Positions 47,724 through 57,003 of a stretch of 64,000 nt of DNA are shown here, piece by piece. A program made the translations under genes and the position numbers. The notes beneath the pieces are model-generated. The model saw only the letters and a program-made list of their open reading frames with translations, did no database searches and had not been told where the DNA came from. The stretch spans positions 33,489 to 97,488 of the forward strand of contig DUKZ01000020.1 of the NCBI GenBank assembly GCA_013329045.1, in the 5' to 3' direction. Numbering within the stretch: position 1 is the stretch's first letter; each line of letters begins with the position of its first letter. This DNA comes from Candidatus Woesearchaeota archaeon (GTDB taxonomy: Archaea > Nanobdellota > Nanobdellia > Woesearchaeales > UBA9989).

Positions 47724-48274
47724 AACAAGAGACTATTGGTAGCTCAGATATCATATTTTATATTGCTTTCGTTATTTATGGTCAATTTTTAGCATCATAC
47801 CAAACAATAACGACACCATTGTCTAATGATCAGGTGGTATTAAATTTAATAATGAGTCTACTTGTTAGCGTTTTAATACTTTATTTTACCCGACTAAATC
47901 CCATTAGAAAATATTTTAAAGGTATCAGATCACGACAAGTATTGTTTATCTCAATCATCTTGATTATAACATGTATTTTTCTGTTTTCATCGGTCTTCTC
48001 TTCAAAGAGAGTGTTAGATAACACTGTCGTTCAGATTCAAGAAAAAATTTATAGAGAACAGAGTTTCACGAATAAGATAACAGTTAGTCTTATGATAAGC
48101 TCCTTCTTATATTCAATTATATTTGCTTTTCAGCTATCAAAGAAATTTGATGAAAGAATCGACATTAATCTAACATATATCTATTGGTTTACCTTATTTT
48201 TTGTTCAATTTTTAATGATGCACACAATCGCATTGATAATAAGTGGACTTAGAAACATGGGGTTTGGATTATGA
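47720..48274 (+). CDS. Hypothetical polytopic membrane protein (AT-rich)
   Basis: 184 aa with 5-6 hydrophobic helices. ATGA overlap with the subtilase gene. Confidence 0.4.
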   Translation: MKQETIGSSDIIFYIAFVIYGQFLASYQTITTPLSNDQVVLNLIMSLLVSVLILYFTRLNPIRKYFKGIRSRQVLFISIILIITCIFLFSSVFSSKRVLDNTVVQIQEKIYREQSFTNKITVSLMISSFLYSIIFAFQLSKKFDERIDINLTYIYWFTLFFVQFLMMHTIALIISGLRNMGFGL

Positions 48275-48318
48275 TAGACGGCCATATAATAGAATGTTGG
48301 GATGTTTGGGAGATTGAA

Positions 48319-48439
48319 ATGAATGAAGGGTCTTATACTGACCTTGAGACTAATGATGGTTGTGGTTCTTCTTGCTGTGATTATACTTATCAAAGCCAGG
48401 TCGATTATTATTGGTCAATTTTAGCGAGGGGTACTAAAT
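48319..48439 (+). CDS. Small ORF (40 aa) that is a diverged duplicate of a subtilase C-terminal segment
   Basis: tatactgaccttgagactaatgatggttgtgg is identical at 46893-46924 and 48338-48369. MNEGSYTDLETNDGCGSSCCDYTYQSQVDYYW parallels YTDLETNDGCGSQCPNYTYDDLVDFYW. ATGA overlap with the next gene. Confidence 0.3.
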
Positions 48440-51400
48440 GAAAACCAAGAATCTACTGATTGTCTGTATCCTCCTCATCCCTTTTGTCTCTGCTTCGCTT
48501 GATCCGCTTATTGCTTCGTATAATTTTGATTTTTCTTCTGGTGTTTTGGATGTGACAAGCACCTCTCAATTCTTAACTGACTCGGACAATAATGGCGTCA
48601 ATGATACATTGACCTTTAATATCACGACTGCTGCCGGACCATCACAGGAGTATACTTTTCTTATTTCCCTGTTTGAGGGAACTGATCTTGTGCAGAATTA
48701 TTCTGTTATGAATGTTTCAACAATTTACCCTTCTGCACAGGTCTCTTTCCCAACCATACAACTTGTACGGGCCAAGTATAATTATTCTCTCATGGTTTAT
48801 GATGGGAACTCTCTTGTGTATATGGATTATGCTTCAGAAACAATACCTTTTGGAGATGTTGAACGGGGCAACAGTATAGACTTCCTGTCTGATGCTCCCC
48901 TAGGTGATACCGGCATACAGCTCAATGTGACATTTAATGTATCAGTCAATCAGACAGAGAATATTACAGCATTCTTGTCTTTGGGAAATTATTCTACAGA
49001 AGTGATATCTTCCGGTAATTTGCTAACACCCCAGTCTACCATCTCATTGACCATTGATAATTTAACCATAACAGCATCCCACTATAGCGGTGTTATCATA
49101 ATTGATGCAATTAAAGTCGGTGAGAAAGTGTATTTTACAAATTATTCCACGGTGGCCTATAATTATGAGGACTTTGCCCAATACTCTTACATCCAGTCGG
49201 TTACCACCTCTCAGGTTGACATAAATGACAACAATCTATCTGAAGTAGTACAACTCAATCTTACAGTACAAGCAGACTCAGGAGGTATATACACCCTCAG
49301 CTCATCATTATTCGATCCTGAAAAAGAACTGCTCATCTACGCTGAAATCAACGTTACGCTGACCACTGGCCAAAACCAGGTCTTCCTCAATTTTAGCGGT
49401 GAAAAAGTGTATTCATCATACCAATACGGTGATTTCACAATCCCCCTCATTGAACTCTCAAAAAATGGACAATCAATAGATTCATACCCATTTGGTATAA
49501 CACTAACAGACCTGATATATACGGAGTTTGAACCCCCGGACCTGCCGGATTTGCAGGTAAATCTTTCAACACACCTCGATCTTAGCTCAAATATCACTTT
49601 TATCAATATTACCGTAAGTAATAATGGCTCTGCCCCTGCATTTAATATTTTCCTAGATGTTTTTGATGATAGTAATTTTAGTTATACCTTAGTACAAGAC
49701 TCTCTGAATAGTTCCGAACAGAAACTGTTTAATTTAACTAAGCCCTTCTATTACACCAACAATAACATTATGGTGATTGTTGACATGGAAAATATCGTTG
49801 ATGAATCATACGAAGAGAATAATATCATCGATAATTTTGTGGGAAATCACCAACCTATAGCTTTACCTAGCCAACATCCTTCATATTTCTCTTGCACCGT
49901 TTACACCCCATGTGTATTTTATTGTGATTACAGCGATGAAGACAATGATACCAGGGATACTACAATAATAAAATGGTTTATTAATGATGAATTAGCGCTT
50001 ACTAATTATTCAGTAAATGGAATTTATGAGTTATATCTAGATCCTTTTTATTATAAGAAAGGAGATACCTTAAAATTCGAATGCCAACATTGGGATCAAC
50101 ATTTACTTGCTAGCCAAAAAGAAAATTTCAGCGTATATATCAATAATTCTCTCCCTTTTATCACCACAAACATATCTATTATGCAATTGTACGTCGATCA
50201 AAATTTCACGTTTGATTTTAATGCAAGCGATCCAGATGTGGAGGATGGAATTGACATATTGGTATGGAGCCAAAATTTGTCATTTATGTCACTCAACAGC
50301 TCTACAGGCCTCCTCTCAGGTATACCAAATGAGAGCAATATTGGCAATTACTCCATCCAAGTTAGTGTTTCTGATGGTGATGACATAGATTACAAGAATA
50401 TCAGCGTATGGGTAAGCTATCCCCCAAACATCACAATGAACATCAAGTCCTTACAGGATGATTTCTCCATTGGTGATGTAGTTGGTATCACAGATCCGCC
50501 ATCCATTAGCTCTAAAACAAACGAGGTTGCAACGTGTGTGGGTCATAAATGCTCACTCAGCATATTTAATGCTGGTTTACAAATGAAAGATACAAAGAAT
50601 AAATTAGTTGATTACGCTCAGGGAACTCGTGTGTATCCCGATGCAGATGATATTGTGATTGAATGGTCAGGCAACACTGTCGTACTGCAACCTTTTATAA
50701 TAAAATCCAAGAAGAAATTGCCTGTTTCTGACACTGGGTTCAGCACAAATATTACCTATGAACGTGGGACATATAAAACCGTGCATTATATTGAGGATTA
50801 CAAAGATATAAAGGTGTTTGGGTATGATATTATCTCGTCAGTTGACTGTACAAATAATGATCTTGAGTTACTCTGTGGTAACCAGGTAATTGGTTTTGAT
50901 ATTCTTGAAGAGTCTGGTTTTTCCCTTGATGTTTCACCTACGCGTGTCCTGATTTACGGAAGGAATTTTTCTATAATTGACCCGACAATGCAATTGAATT
51001 ATACAAGTGACATCCATGATGCGATGGTCAAGTATAACAACCCTGACACCAATTATGATGCTGCTAATCTTGAGTCTTCAGATAGGGTCGATAATCAAAG
51101 AGAGAGTATTTTGCGATGGAACTTATCTTCAATACCGCCTGGGTCGACGATCACCAATGCTTCGTTATATATGATGGTTAGACTTTCTTCCTCTTCTGAT
51201 ACAACATATGGGGTACGAGGAGTGGGTAATGATTCATGGATAGAAAGTTCTATCACGTGGAATACTAAGCCGAGCTATGAAACTACACCATATGATACTG
51301 TTGATACTACCCCTTTTGATAATGGGGATTGGATGAGATGGAATATAACATCTCTTGCTCAGGAAAGTGCGGACTCTGATAAGTCACTGTCTCTTGCGAT

Positions 51401-51824
51401 AATAGATGAGGTGAGTGGTGGTACTGCAGCCTGGGGGTGGTATGATTCTGAAACTACAACTGCCTCAAGAAGGCCATACCTTACTATTGATTATGAAGTA
51501 ACACCTGAGGAGAATCAATCCCGTATCAAGAATGAAGGCAATAGCCCTCTTTCAATATACCTTCTTATGAAAATGCAGTTTTTTAATGAGTCAGCGCAGC
51601 AGTGGGTGGATGTAATGACTACGTACTCTTCAAATAGTACAATATCATTAGAACCAGGAGAGATTATAAAATTAGATGAAAACTGGACACTTTGGAATAC
51701 ATCTACCATAAACTATGGATCGGGGACGTATCGTGCTTTTGTAGACGCTCATGATTCCTATGACAGTATTATTTATAACAACGAGGGCAATCCATATGAC
51801 TCATATAACTTCTCATTGTCCTAA
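48438..51824 (+). CDS. Very large secreted Asn/Ser/Thr-rich protein, dense in N-x-S/T sequons, with He_PIG-type Ig-like and a DNRLRE-like region
   Basis: Signal peptide MKTKNLLIVCILLIPFVSAS. Dozens of NxS/NxT sites. SSTGLLSGIPNESNIGNYSIQVSVSDG (He_PIG). VDNQRESILRWNLSSIPPGSTITNASLYM resembles the DNRLRE-domain motif. Confidence 0.7.
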   Translation: MKTKNLLIVCILLIPFVSASLDPLIASYNFDFSSGVLDVTSTSQFLTDSDNNGVNDTLTFNITTAAGPSQEYTFLISLFEGTDLVQNYSVMNVSTIYPSAQVSFPTIQLVRAKYNYSLMVYDGNSLVYMDYASETIPFGDVERGNSIDFLSDAPLGDTGIQLNVTFNVSVNQTENITAFLSLGNYSTEVISSGNLLTPQSTISLTIDNLTITASHYSGVIIIDAIKVGEKVYFTNYSTVAYNYEDFAQYSYIQSVTTSQVDINDNNLSEVVQLNLTVQADSGGIYTLSSSLFDPEKELLIYAEINVTLTTGQNQVFLNFSGEKVYSSYQYGDFTIPLIELSKNGQSIDSYPFGITLTDLIYTEFEPPDLPDLQVNLSTHLDLSSNITFINITVSNNGSAPAFNIFLDVFDDSNFSYTLVQDSLNSSEQKLFNLTKPFYYTNNNIMVIVDMENIVDESYEENNIIDNFVGNHQPIALPSQHPSYFSCTVYTPCVFYCDYSDEDNDTRDTTIIKWFINDELALTNYSVNGIYELYLDPFYYKKGDTLKFECQHWDQHLLASQKENFSVYINNSLPFITTNISIMQLYVDQNFTFDFNASDPDVEDGIDILVWSQNLSFMSLNSSTGLLSGIPNESNIGNYSIQVSVSDGDDIDYKNISVWVSYPPNITMNIKSLQDDFSIGDVVGITDPPSISSKTNEVATCVGHKCSLSIFNAGLQMKDTKNKLVDYAQGTRVYPDADDIVIEWSGNTVVLQPFIIKSKKKLPVSDTGFSTNITYERGTYKTVHYIEDYKDIKVFGYDIISSVDCTNNDLELLCGNQVIGFDILEESGFSLDVSPTRVLIYGRNFSIIDPTMQLNYTSDIHDAMVKYNNPDTNYDAANLESSDRVDNQRESILRWNLSSIPPGSTITNASLYMMVRLSSSSDTTYGVRGVGNDSWIESSITWNTKPSYETTPYDTVDTTPFDNGDWMRWNITSLAQESADSDKSLSLAIIDEVSGGTAAWGWYDSETTTASRRPYLTIDYEVTPEENQSRIKNEGNSPLSIYLLMKMQFFNESAQQWVDVMTTYSSNSTISLEPGEIIKLDENWTLWNTSTINYGSGTYRAFVDAHDSYDSIIYNNEGNPYDSYNFSLS

Positions 51825-51848
51825 AATAGTGAAGAGTTAAGGGAAGCC

Positions 51849-51957
51849 GATGAAGCAAAATCAAAAGAAATAATTTTTGGCGTCACTTTTTTTCCAAGGA
51901 GGAAATAATTGGCGATGTGGTCTGGACCGCTATTCCCTTTGATAGAGATGATTTTTG
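51849..51957. repeat. Direct repeat copy 2
   Basis: It contains the remnant ATG AAG CAA AAT CAA AAG AAA TAA and the same SD plus ATGTGGTCTGGACCGCTATTCCCTTTGATAGAGATGATTTTTG. Confidence 0.85.
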
Positions 51958-52189
51958 GTGAGAGGATGGTAAAGTGTGGCAAAAAAAGAGCTTGCAGTTC
52001 CTCTTGTGTCGCATAATAGAAGGTTGTTCCTGTAGGGCTTTGCCTAATTTGGTGTTTGCCTCCCCCATACTCACTGCTATCGATATGAAAGGAAACAGAG
52101 AGGTACTTTCCCTTAGGTAAAAGGAGTTTTGAGTCCCGTTTGATGTGCTCATCCCACCTCTCCCAGGGGTATACAAAATAGAGTGTCCC

Positions 52190-52330
52190 AGCCAGGAAGC
52201 TTGCCTATTCCGACAAGGCGGCCATTATTATTGTTGAGGTTGTTGTTGCTGTTGGCATTGGAATTATTGCTGCCGACAGAGCCAAGCCACACGAGCCGCC
52301 CAGAGTAGCCATTCCACCTTTTTGTATGTC
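52190..52330 (-). pseudogene. Gene fragment paralogous to the C-terminal region of 52578..53342
   Basis: About 70 percent nucleotide identity over about 120 nt. Translated ...GRLVWLGSVGSNNSN...GRLVGIG versus MRLVWLGSVDNYSSD...GRLVGVV. No intact ORF. Confidence 0.5.
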
Positions 52331-52577
52331 ACCACCACTTCATTGCTATTGTGGTTGTATGCGAAAAAATCGAAGATTTTTTGCACACAAGAAATTTTCA
52401 ATTTCTTCGCGTTTTATAACGATATTTCATCATGGTGAAATGACGTGTAGTTCCAAGCTTACTATTGTAAGCTGGGACAATATGTAAGAGATATAATAAT
52501 TTAAAATATTATGGTTTAAGTTGCACTCCTGATGTTGGAACATAAACCTGACCATCATACTCAAATGGTCTTCCAAC

Positions 52578-53342
52578 TTAGAGTGCATCAATTACAGAAT
52601 TATCAAGATCAGATTTCGCTGCCGCAACGCCTCCGGCGCTGATTGCGACTCCGTCGCTAACTACCCCGACAAGGCGGCCAAAATAATAGCTGAGGCCAAG
52701 GTCGCTGCTGGCATCGGAACTATAGTTGTCGACAGAGCCAAGCCACACGAGCCGCATCCCTTCAGAGGTAGAAGGAAATACCCCCATACAGTCTTTTACT
52801 GATCCTCCTCTTGCTTCTTGAACAAGAGCAAGGGTTTCATCAAACAGATCGTCAGCATTATCCTCCCCTCGAAAGGCGAATTCCTTCCAAAATGCCTCAC
52901 GCCTCTCTGGAAGAGCATATCTGGTATTCCTTAATGCTGCAACTTCATCTTGGGTGAATATATACACACCATCCGATTCCCGGAAAGTTTCATAAACATC
53001 AGCATCAACGGGGAGTGACCAATTGACTAATTGATCAGTTGAACGAAGAGAATGTACTAAATCACGTCCCTGCTTATTTTCGTATGGAACAGCGAGCATG
53101 CTTCCGTCACTTCCAACAATAAACATGTCTGCAGTGGTGAAGTAATTATCACGGAATCGCTGTCTGTCAAAATGAACAGCTGCAGCATCGGATTCATCAA
53201 CATCACGAACACGCGCAATGAGAAAATCATAGAGAGTCATTGGTGTTCTGTTTTCACCTAACAGCACAGATATCTGTTCGACCGGTTCGCCTGGGAAAAG
53301 TTTATACAATGAAAGACTTTCTGTAAGTTTTTGTTGAAACAT
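52578..53342 (-). CDS. Hypothetical cytoplasmic protein
   Basis: ATG at 53342 with AGGTG 9 nt upstream. 254 aa. No recognised motif. Confidence 0.5.
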   Translation of the reverse strand: MFQQKLTESLSLYKLFPGEPVEQISVLLGENRTPMTLYDFLIARVRDVDESDAAAVHFDRQRFRDNYFTTADMFIVGSDGSMLAVPYENKQGRDLVHSLRSTDQLVNWSLPVDADVYETFRESDGVYIFTQDEVAALRNTRYALPERREAFWKEFAFRGEDNADDLFDETLALVQEARGGSVKDCMGVFPSTSEGMRLVWLGSVDNYSSDASSDLGLSYYFGRLVGVVSDGVAISAGGVAAAKSDLDNSVIDAL

Positions 53343-53439
53343 AGTGAGCACCTGCTTATTGGAGACAAGTAATAATTACCCATATATAAACCTTTCGCAT
53401 TAATTACTACTCTTAAGTAAGAATAAATTTGATCTTTAA

Positions 53440-53617
53440 TGTTTATAAAAACATGACAACCGCCACCTTTCCAGCATGCTCGCCCCCCCCGAAAATCGAA
53501 AAGATCTGTACGAGACCCTCTGTTCTTATACCGCTCTTCTGCTTCTTTTGGAGGGAACCCTCTTGTCCATACTGCGCCTGGCTTTTCATAGATGGATTCA
53601 AAGAGTTCTTTGCTCAT
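53440..53617 (-). CDS. Small ORF (about 45-58 aa) translationally coupled (ATGA) to the upstream gene; contains a G8 homopolymer near its 3' end
   Basis: MSKELFESIYEKPGAVWTRGFPPKEAEERYKNRGSRTDLFDF... All three frames terminate within about 20 codons after the poly-G. The annotated 119-aa continuation reads through the next promoter region and is unlikely to be real. Confidence 0.3.
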
Positions 53618-53991
53618 GATGTTTTCTCTTTCTTATGAGAAGATTGGTAAGAGATGTGCACAAAATAAGCTGCTATGGCAAGAATCACAAAGCAAACCAC
53701 AAGTGCCTGCCACAATCCGATGTAGGCTCCAGCATAAAATGCGAAGGTGGGAATTACTCCAAGCCCAAGGAAAACGGAAATAATGATCCGTTCTATCTTC
53801 TCGAGCATCGGGAGCATGTAATAGAAGGGAACGATATAGAAAATACTAAATCCAAGGACTGTCCGAAGCCCTGTAAGGTGGAACTTCAAGAGGAAGAAAA
53901 GACCAATGATGCCGATCAATGCCCATGATAATTTTTTATCTTTCAAGTTTGTACACCCGTATATTCTCTTGATTATAGAGCAGCGTGTCAT
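53614..53991 (-). CDS. Small membrane protein
   Basis: Hydrophobic 125-aa ORF. Its 5' part overlaps the end of 53936..55492, so the real start may be internal (MLPMLEK...). Confidence 0.35.
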   Translation of the reverse strand: MTRCSIIKRIYGCTNLKDKKLSWALIGIIGLFFLLKFHLTGLRTVLGFSIFYIVPFYYMLPMLEKIERIIISVFLGLGVIPTFAFYAGAYIGLWQALVVCFVILAIAAYFVHISYQSSHKKEKTS

Positions 53992-55492
53992 TCTGGAGGG
54001 TTTGTTGTTCCCACCCTATCAGCTGCTGGGCTACATCCTGCCGTCCAAGCATGACAAGCTGGGAATAGTCCACAACAACATACGAGCTCAAATTCGCGAA
54101 TTCATGCTCTGTTCCGATAAGGTTGCTGTCATATGCAGCGCTTCGCTGTGCCAGGATATACATCCATTTCTTCACGGGATACACAGCAGTTCCGGCAGAC
54201 AAGTAAACAGCATCCTCTGGAATGTTCATTTGAAGATAGTTCATGGCATCATATTCCGCTGGATTTACCCGGGATAAGGGATCATTTGCAGATTGCAGTC
54301 TGGCGAGTGCCGGTTGTGCATTCCATACCCAGAACATCCCGGCAAAGAGGAGTATGATAATACCAGTTACCACTCTCCTTTCTGCTGACACGAGTGATGA
54401 GATAAAGGTGATCAAAAACATGATTCCCAGCACGATCAGGGGATAGAACAGGTGGGACTCGGCTGCAAGCATCCGATGGGTTCGATAATCAAGGATGCCA
54501 AACAGTTTGAGGTGGAACAGGATATACAAGGACAGCATCCAGGAGAGCATGAGGAGGTGCTTTGTGTCCCGTTTCATGAAAAGAAACACAACCCCAAGAA
54601 GGATAAAAGGAATCAGCCAATACCCATACATATCCTTGAAAGAAAAGTAGGTTTCTGGGGTTCCATGGAAATTATCCTGTGGGATGAACCAAGAGAAGAA
54701 TCCTCCAACGTTTGAGAGTCCAAGCTTGATGCCTGCTTGTTGTTCGGAGAGTTCCCCTGTATACTTGAGCGTCGGGAGGAAGAGGACAAGAAAGATTACC
54801 CCTGCAACCGCAATATGTATCCAGTCAAATGGCATCTTGCGCTCTTTGATGATCATTACAAGACTAAATATTCCAAGTGCAGCGGCGCTGTGCAATAATC
54901 CTTGGGGGTGCTGGAAATACTGGAAGACGCAAAGGAGAGCTGTCAGATAGAGATACACAAGTTTTGGCTTTCCTTCAAAAGCACTGGTAAGATATCGGTA
55001 AGCGGTATAAAGGATTACCGGAAGATAAAAGTAGCTGATCTGTTGTGGCCACTGGCTCCATAAGTACACGTTGATGTCCCGCATCGAAAAAAGGGAAAGG
55101 ATACCGGCAAGAAAGCCAGCCCACATGCCAAATAAATGCCTAATCAGGAGAAAAACAGCAGTCCCGATGAGCATCCCTTCAAATGCTATCAGGAGGTATG
55201 GCCCAATGATCCGCTCCCCGCTGATGATCTGCAGCAAAGCAATGTTATGGTGGTATTGCGGCGGGTACCAGATTTTGTGATTATTCACATGCCCTTTTGC
55301 CCGGTCAAGGTAGGGGGGAAGCGTCTCGACAGGCATATTCGTCGTTCCTGCATAGTCCCCAATGCCAAAATGCGTGGCAGCATCCACATCTCCAAAGGGC
55401 ATGTCATTGACGGGGATAAGGTACATGCTCATACCGATAAGAAGAAGGGCAAAGAGCAAGAGCAGTTCAATGTGGTGTTTTGCCAGCTTCAT
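53936..55492 (-). CDS. GT-C-like polytopic membrane protein (ArnT/PMT/GT39-GT83-like candidate) with a C-terminal soluble domain
   Basis: 518 aa, about 11 TM helices. The C-terminus is AVYLSAG...YVVVDYSQL...IRVYKL, paralogous in pattern to 40847 and 58968. 4-nt overlap with the GT9 gene. Confidence 0.5.
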   Translation of the reverse strand: MKLAKHHIELLLLFALLLIGMSMYLIPVNDMPFGDVDAATHFGIGDYAGTTNMPVETLPPYLDRAKGHVNNHKIWYPPQYHHNIALLQIISGERIIGPYLLIAFEGMLIGTAVFLLIRHLFGMWAGFLAGILSLFSMRDINVYLWSQWPQQISYFYLPVILYTAYRYLTSAFEGKPKLVYLYLTALLCVFQYFQHPQGLLHSAAALGIFSLVMIIKERKMPFDWIHIAVAGVIFLVLFLPTLKYTGELSEQQAGIKLGLSNVGGFFSWFIPQDNFHGTPETYFSFKDMYGYWLIPFILLGVVFLFMKRDTKHLLMLSWMLSLYILFHLKLFGILDYRTHRMLAAESHLFYPLIVLGIMFLITFISSLVSAERRVVTGIIILLFAGMFWVWNAQPALARLQSANDPLSRVNPAEYDAMNYLQMNIPEDAVYLSAGTAVYPVKKWMYILAQRSAAYDSNLIGTEHEFANLSSYVVVDYSQLVMLGRQDVAQQLIGWEQQTLQNDTLLYNQENIRVYKLER

Positions 55493-56748
55493 TGTCTTTT
55501 TGTTCCTTGTTTCTGATGATGGGAAGCCTGATGATGGATATTCTCGAGCTGTTCCTCAACGATCTTATACACGTATTCAACAGATATTGATTTCAAGCAT
55601 TCATTAGACCCGCAGAGTGTCTTTCGGTGATTAAATGCTGAGACGCAAGGAGAGCACGCAAATTGGGAATCAATAATCACTGCAGTATCACTGATTGGCC
55701 CATACAGTTTTGGCGTTTCTGGCCCAAAAAAAGCTATGATGTTTATTGGGGTGAGCGGGGCAAAATGAACCGGCCCTGAATCATTAGTAATGAGCAGATG
55801 ACAGCTGTTATAGATATCTATCAATTCCCGAAAGCTTGTTTTGTTGACAAGGTTGATGCAATGCTCCTCGCCAACAGTCTCAATGATCACTTCAGCATCA
55901 TGTGCTGCATCCTTCACCCCGGTAATGACAAAGAGCACGTCTTTATGGTGGGTAAGGATTTTTTTGCAGAGCGCTGCATACGATTCAAGCGGCCATGCCC
56001 GTATCGGCAATAACCCTGCATTGGAATTAATGATGATGAGGATGTGTTTTTTTGTGAGTGCTGGATTGCAGGACAGCATTTTTTCCCAGATTGCATCAAG
56101 CTTTTCTTTGCTAGAGGAGATCCGGGGGATATGGAGTTCTTTTTCGCTGATATGCCTTTTTGTAAGAGGCCATTCCCCATCAGGGGATTTGAGCGCATAC
56201 ACGAGGGATAAGAAATTCACTCCAACGTGGCGATGGGGGTTATAGCTAACCTTGTGGGTTTGCATATTTCCCCGGTATAATCCTTCCATTGTGTGCTGAT
56301 AAAACCCAACCCTGTTGGAGGCTCCAGAAAGATAAGAGATGATTGCTGTCACCCGGGAGAATAATTCAAGATCAATGATTGTATCAATGCCTTCTTTCTT
56401 CATCCGGATGAGGGCTTTGAAGACGGTAATCTTGAAGCGAAAGAGGGAGGAATTATCAATGAGGATGAGGTTTTTTTCAGGAATAATTTCGAGCAGTTTA
56501 ACGCTTTCCTGGTTCTGCTTAAAGATCATGAAATACAGTTCAGATGAAGGCCAAAGTTCTTTTGTCTTGCTCATCGCTGCATATGCAAGGACAGTGCTTC
56601 CCATCTCAGAAAGTTCCAGAAAAAGTACCTTTTTTGGCTCCTTTTTTTTTCTTGGAAACACCCGCCCAAGGATATGCAGGCAACTCAGTGAAAAGCAAAG
56701 AGGATTACCAATCCAATAATCCATTTTCCTCATGAAATCTACTTTCAT
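55489..56748 (-). CDS. GT9 family glycosyltransferase (heptosyltransferase-like)
   Basis: ITNDSGPVHFAPLTPINIIAFFGPETP and N-terminal KKVLFLELSEMGSTVL motifs. Confidence 0.75.
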   Translation of the reverse strand: MKVDFMRKMDYWIGNPLCFSLSCLHILGRVFPRKKKEPKKVLFLELSEMGSTVLAYAAMSKTKELWPSSELYFMIFKQNQESVKLLEIIPEKNLILIDNSSLFRFKITVFKALIRMKKEGIDTIIDLELFSRVTAIISYLSGASNRVGFYQHTMEGLYRGNMQTHKVSYNPHRHVGVNFLSLVYALKSPDGEWPLTKRHISEKELHIPRISSSKEKLDAIWEKMLSCNPALTKKHILIIINSNAGLLPIRAWPLESYAALCKKILTHHKDVLFVITGVKDAAHDAEVIIETVGEEHCINLVNKTSFRELIDIYNSCHLLITNDSGPVHFAPLTPINIIAFFGPETPKLYGPISDTAVIIDSQFACSPCVSAFNHRKTLCGSNECLKSISVEYVYKIVEEQLENIHHQASHHQKQGTKRQ

Positions 56749-56836
56749 TGTTTCCCCCTAGGAGGATAGACTTGTTTTCTGTTTATATGTCTTTCGACAA
56801 AAATGTTCTCGTGAAAAACAAAGAGGAAATGAGCAA

Positions 56837-56916
56837 CATCACCACTGGCGCAGATGGCCAAGTCTCTTGGCCAAGGTTTCTGTAAGAAACCGGTCTGCCT
56901 GCCAGTTGTGGTGATG
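56837..56916. repeat. Double-hairpin palindromic element, copy C
   Basis: Outer arms CATCACCACTGGCGCAGAT / GGTCTGCCTGCCAGTTGTGGTGATG. Inner hairpins GGCCAAG-tct-CTTGGCC and GGTTTC-tgtaa-GAAACC. It lies in the divergent promoter region between the GT9 and methyltransferase genes. Confidence 0.55.
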
Positions 56917-57003
56917 TTGCTGACCTTGAATCACACAATTTACTCAGCTCCATAAAGGAGGCATGACCAAACCTTTTTATATGGGCCACCTCCCCCTTCT
57001 CCC

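Noticed and set aside
53258-53439. Continuation of the small ORF to 119 aa past the G8 tract
   Set aside because: The downstream translation (INIKDQIYSYLRVVINAKGLYMGNYY...) runs through the AT-rich promoter and SD region and the start of gene 52578..53342, and looks non-protein-like.
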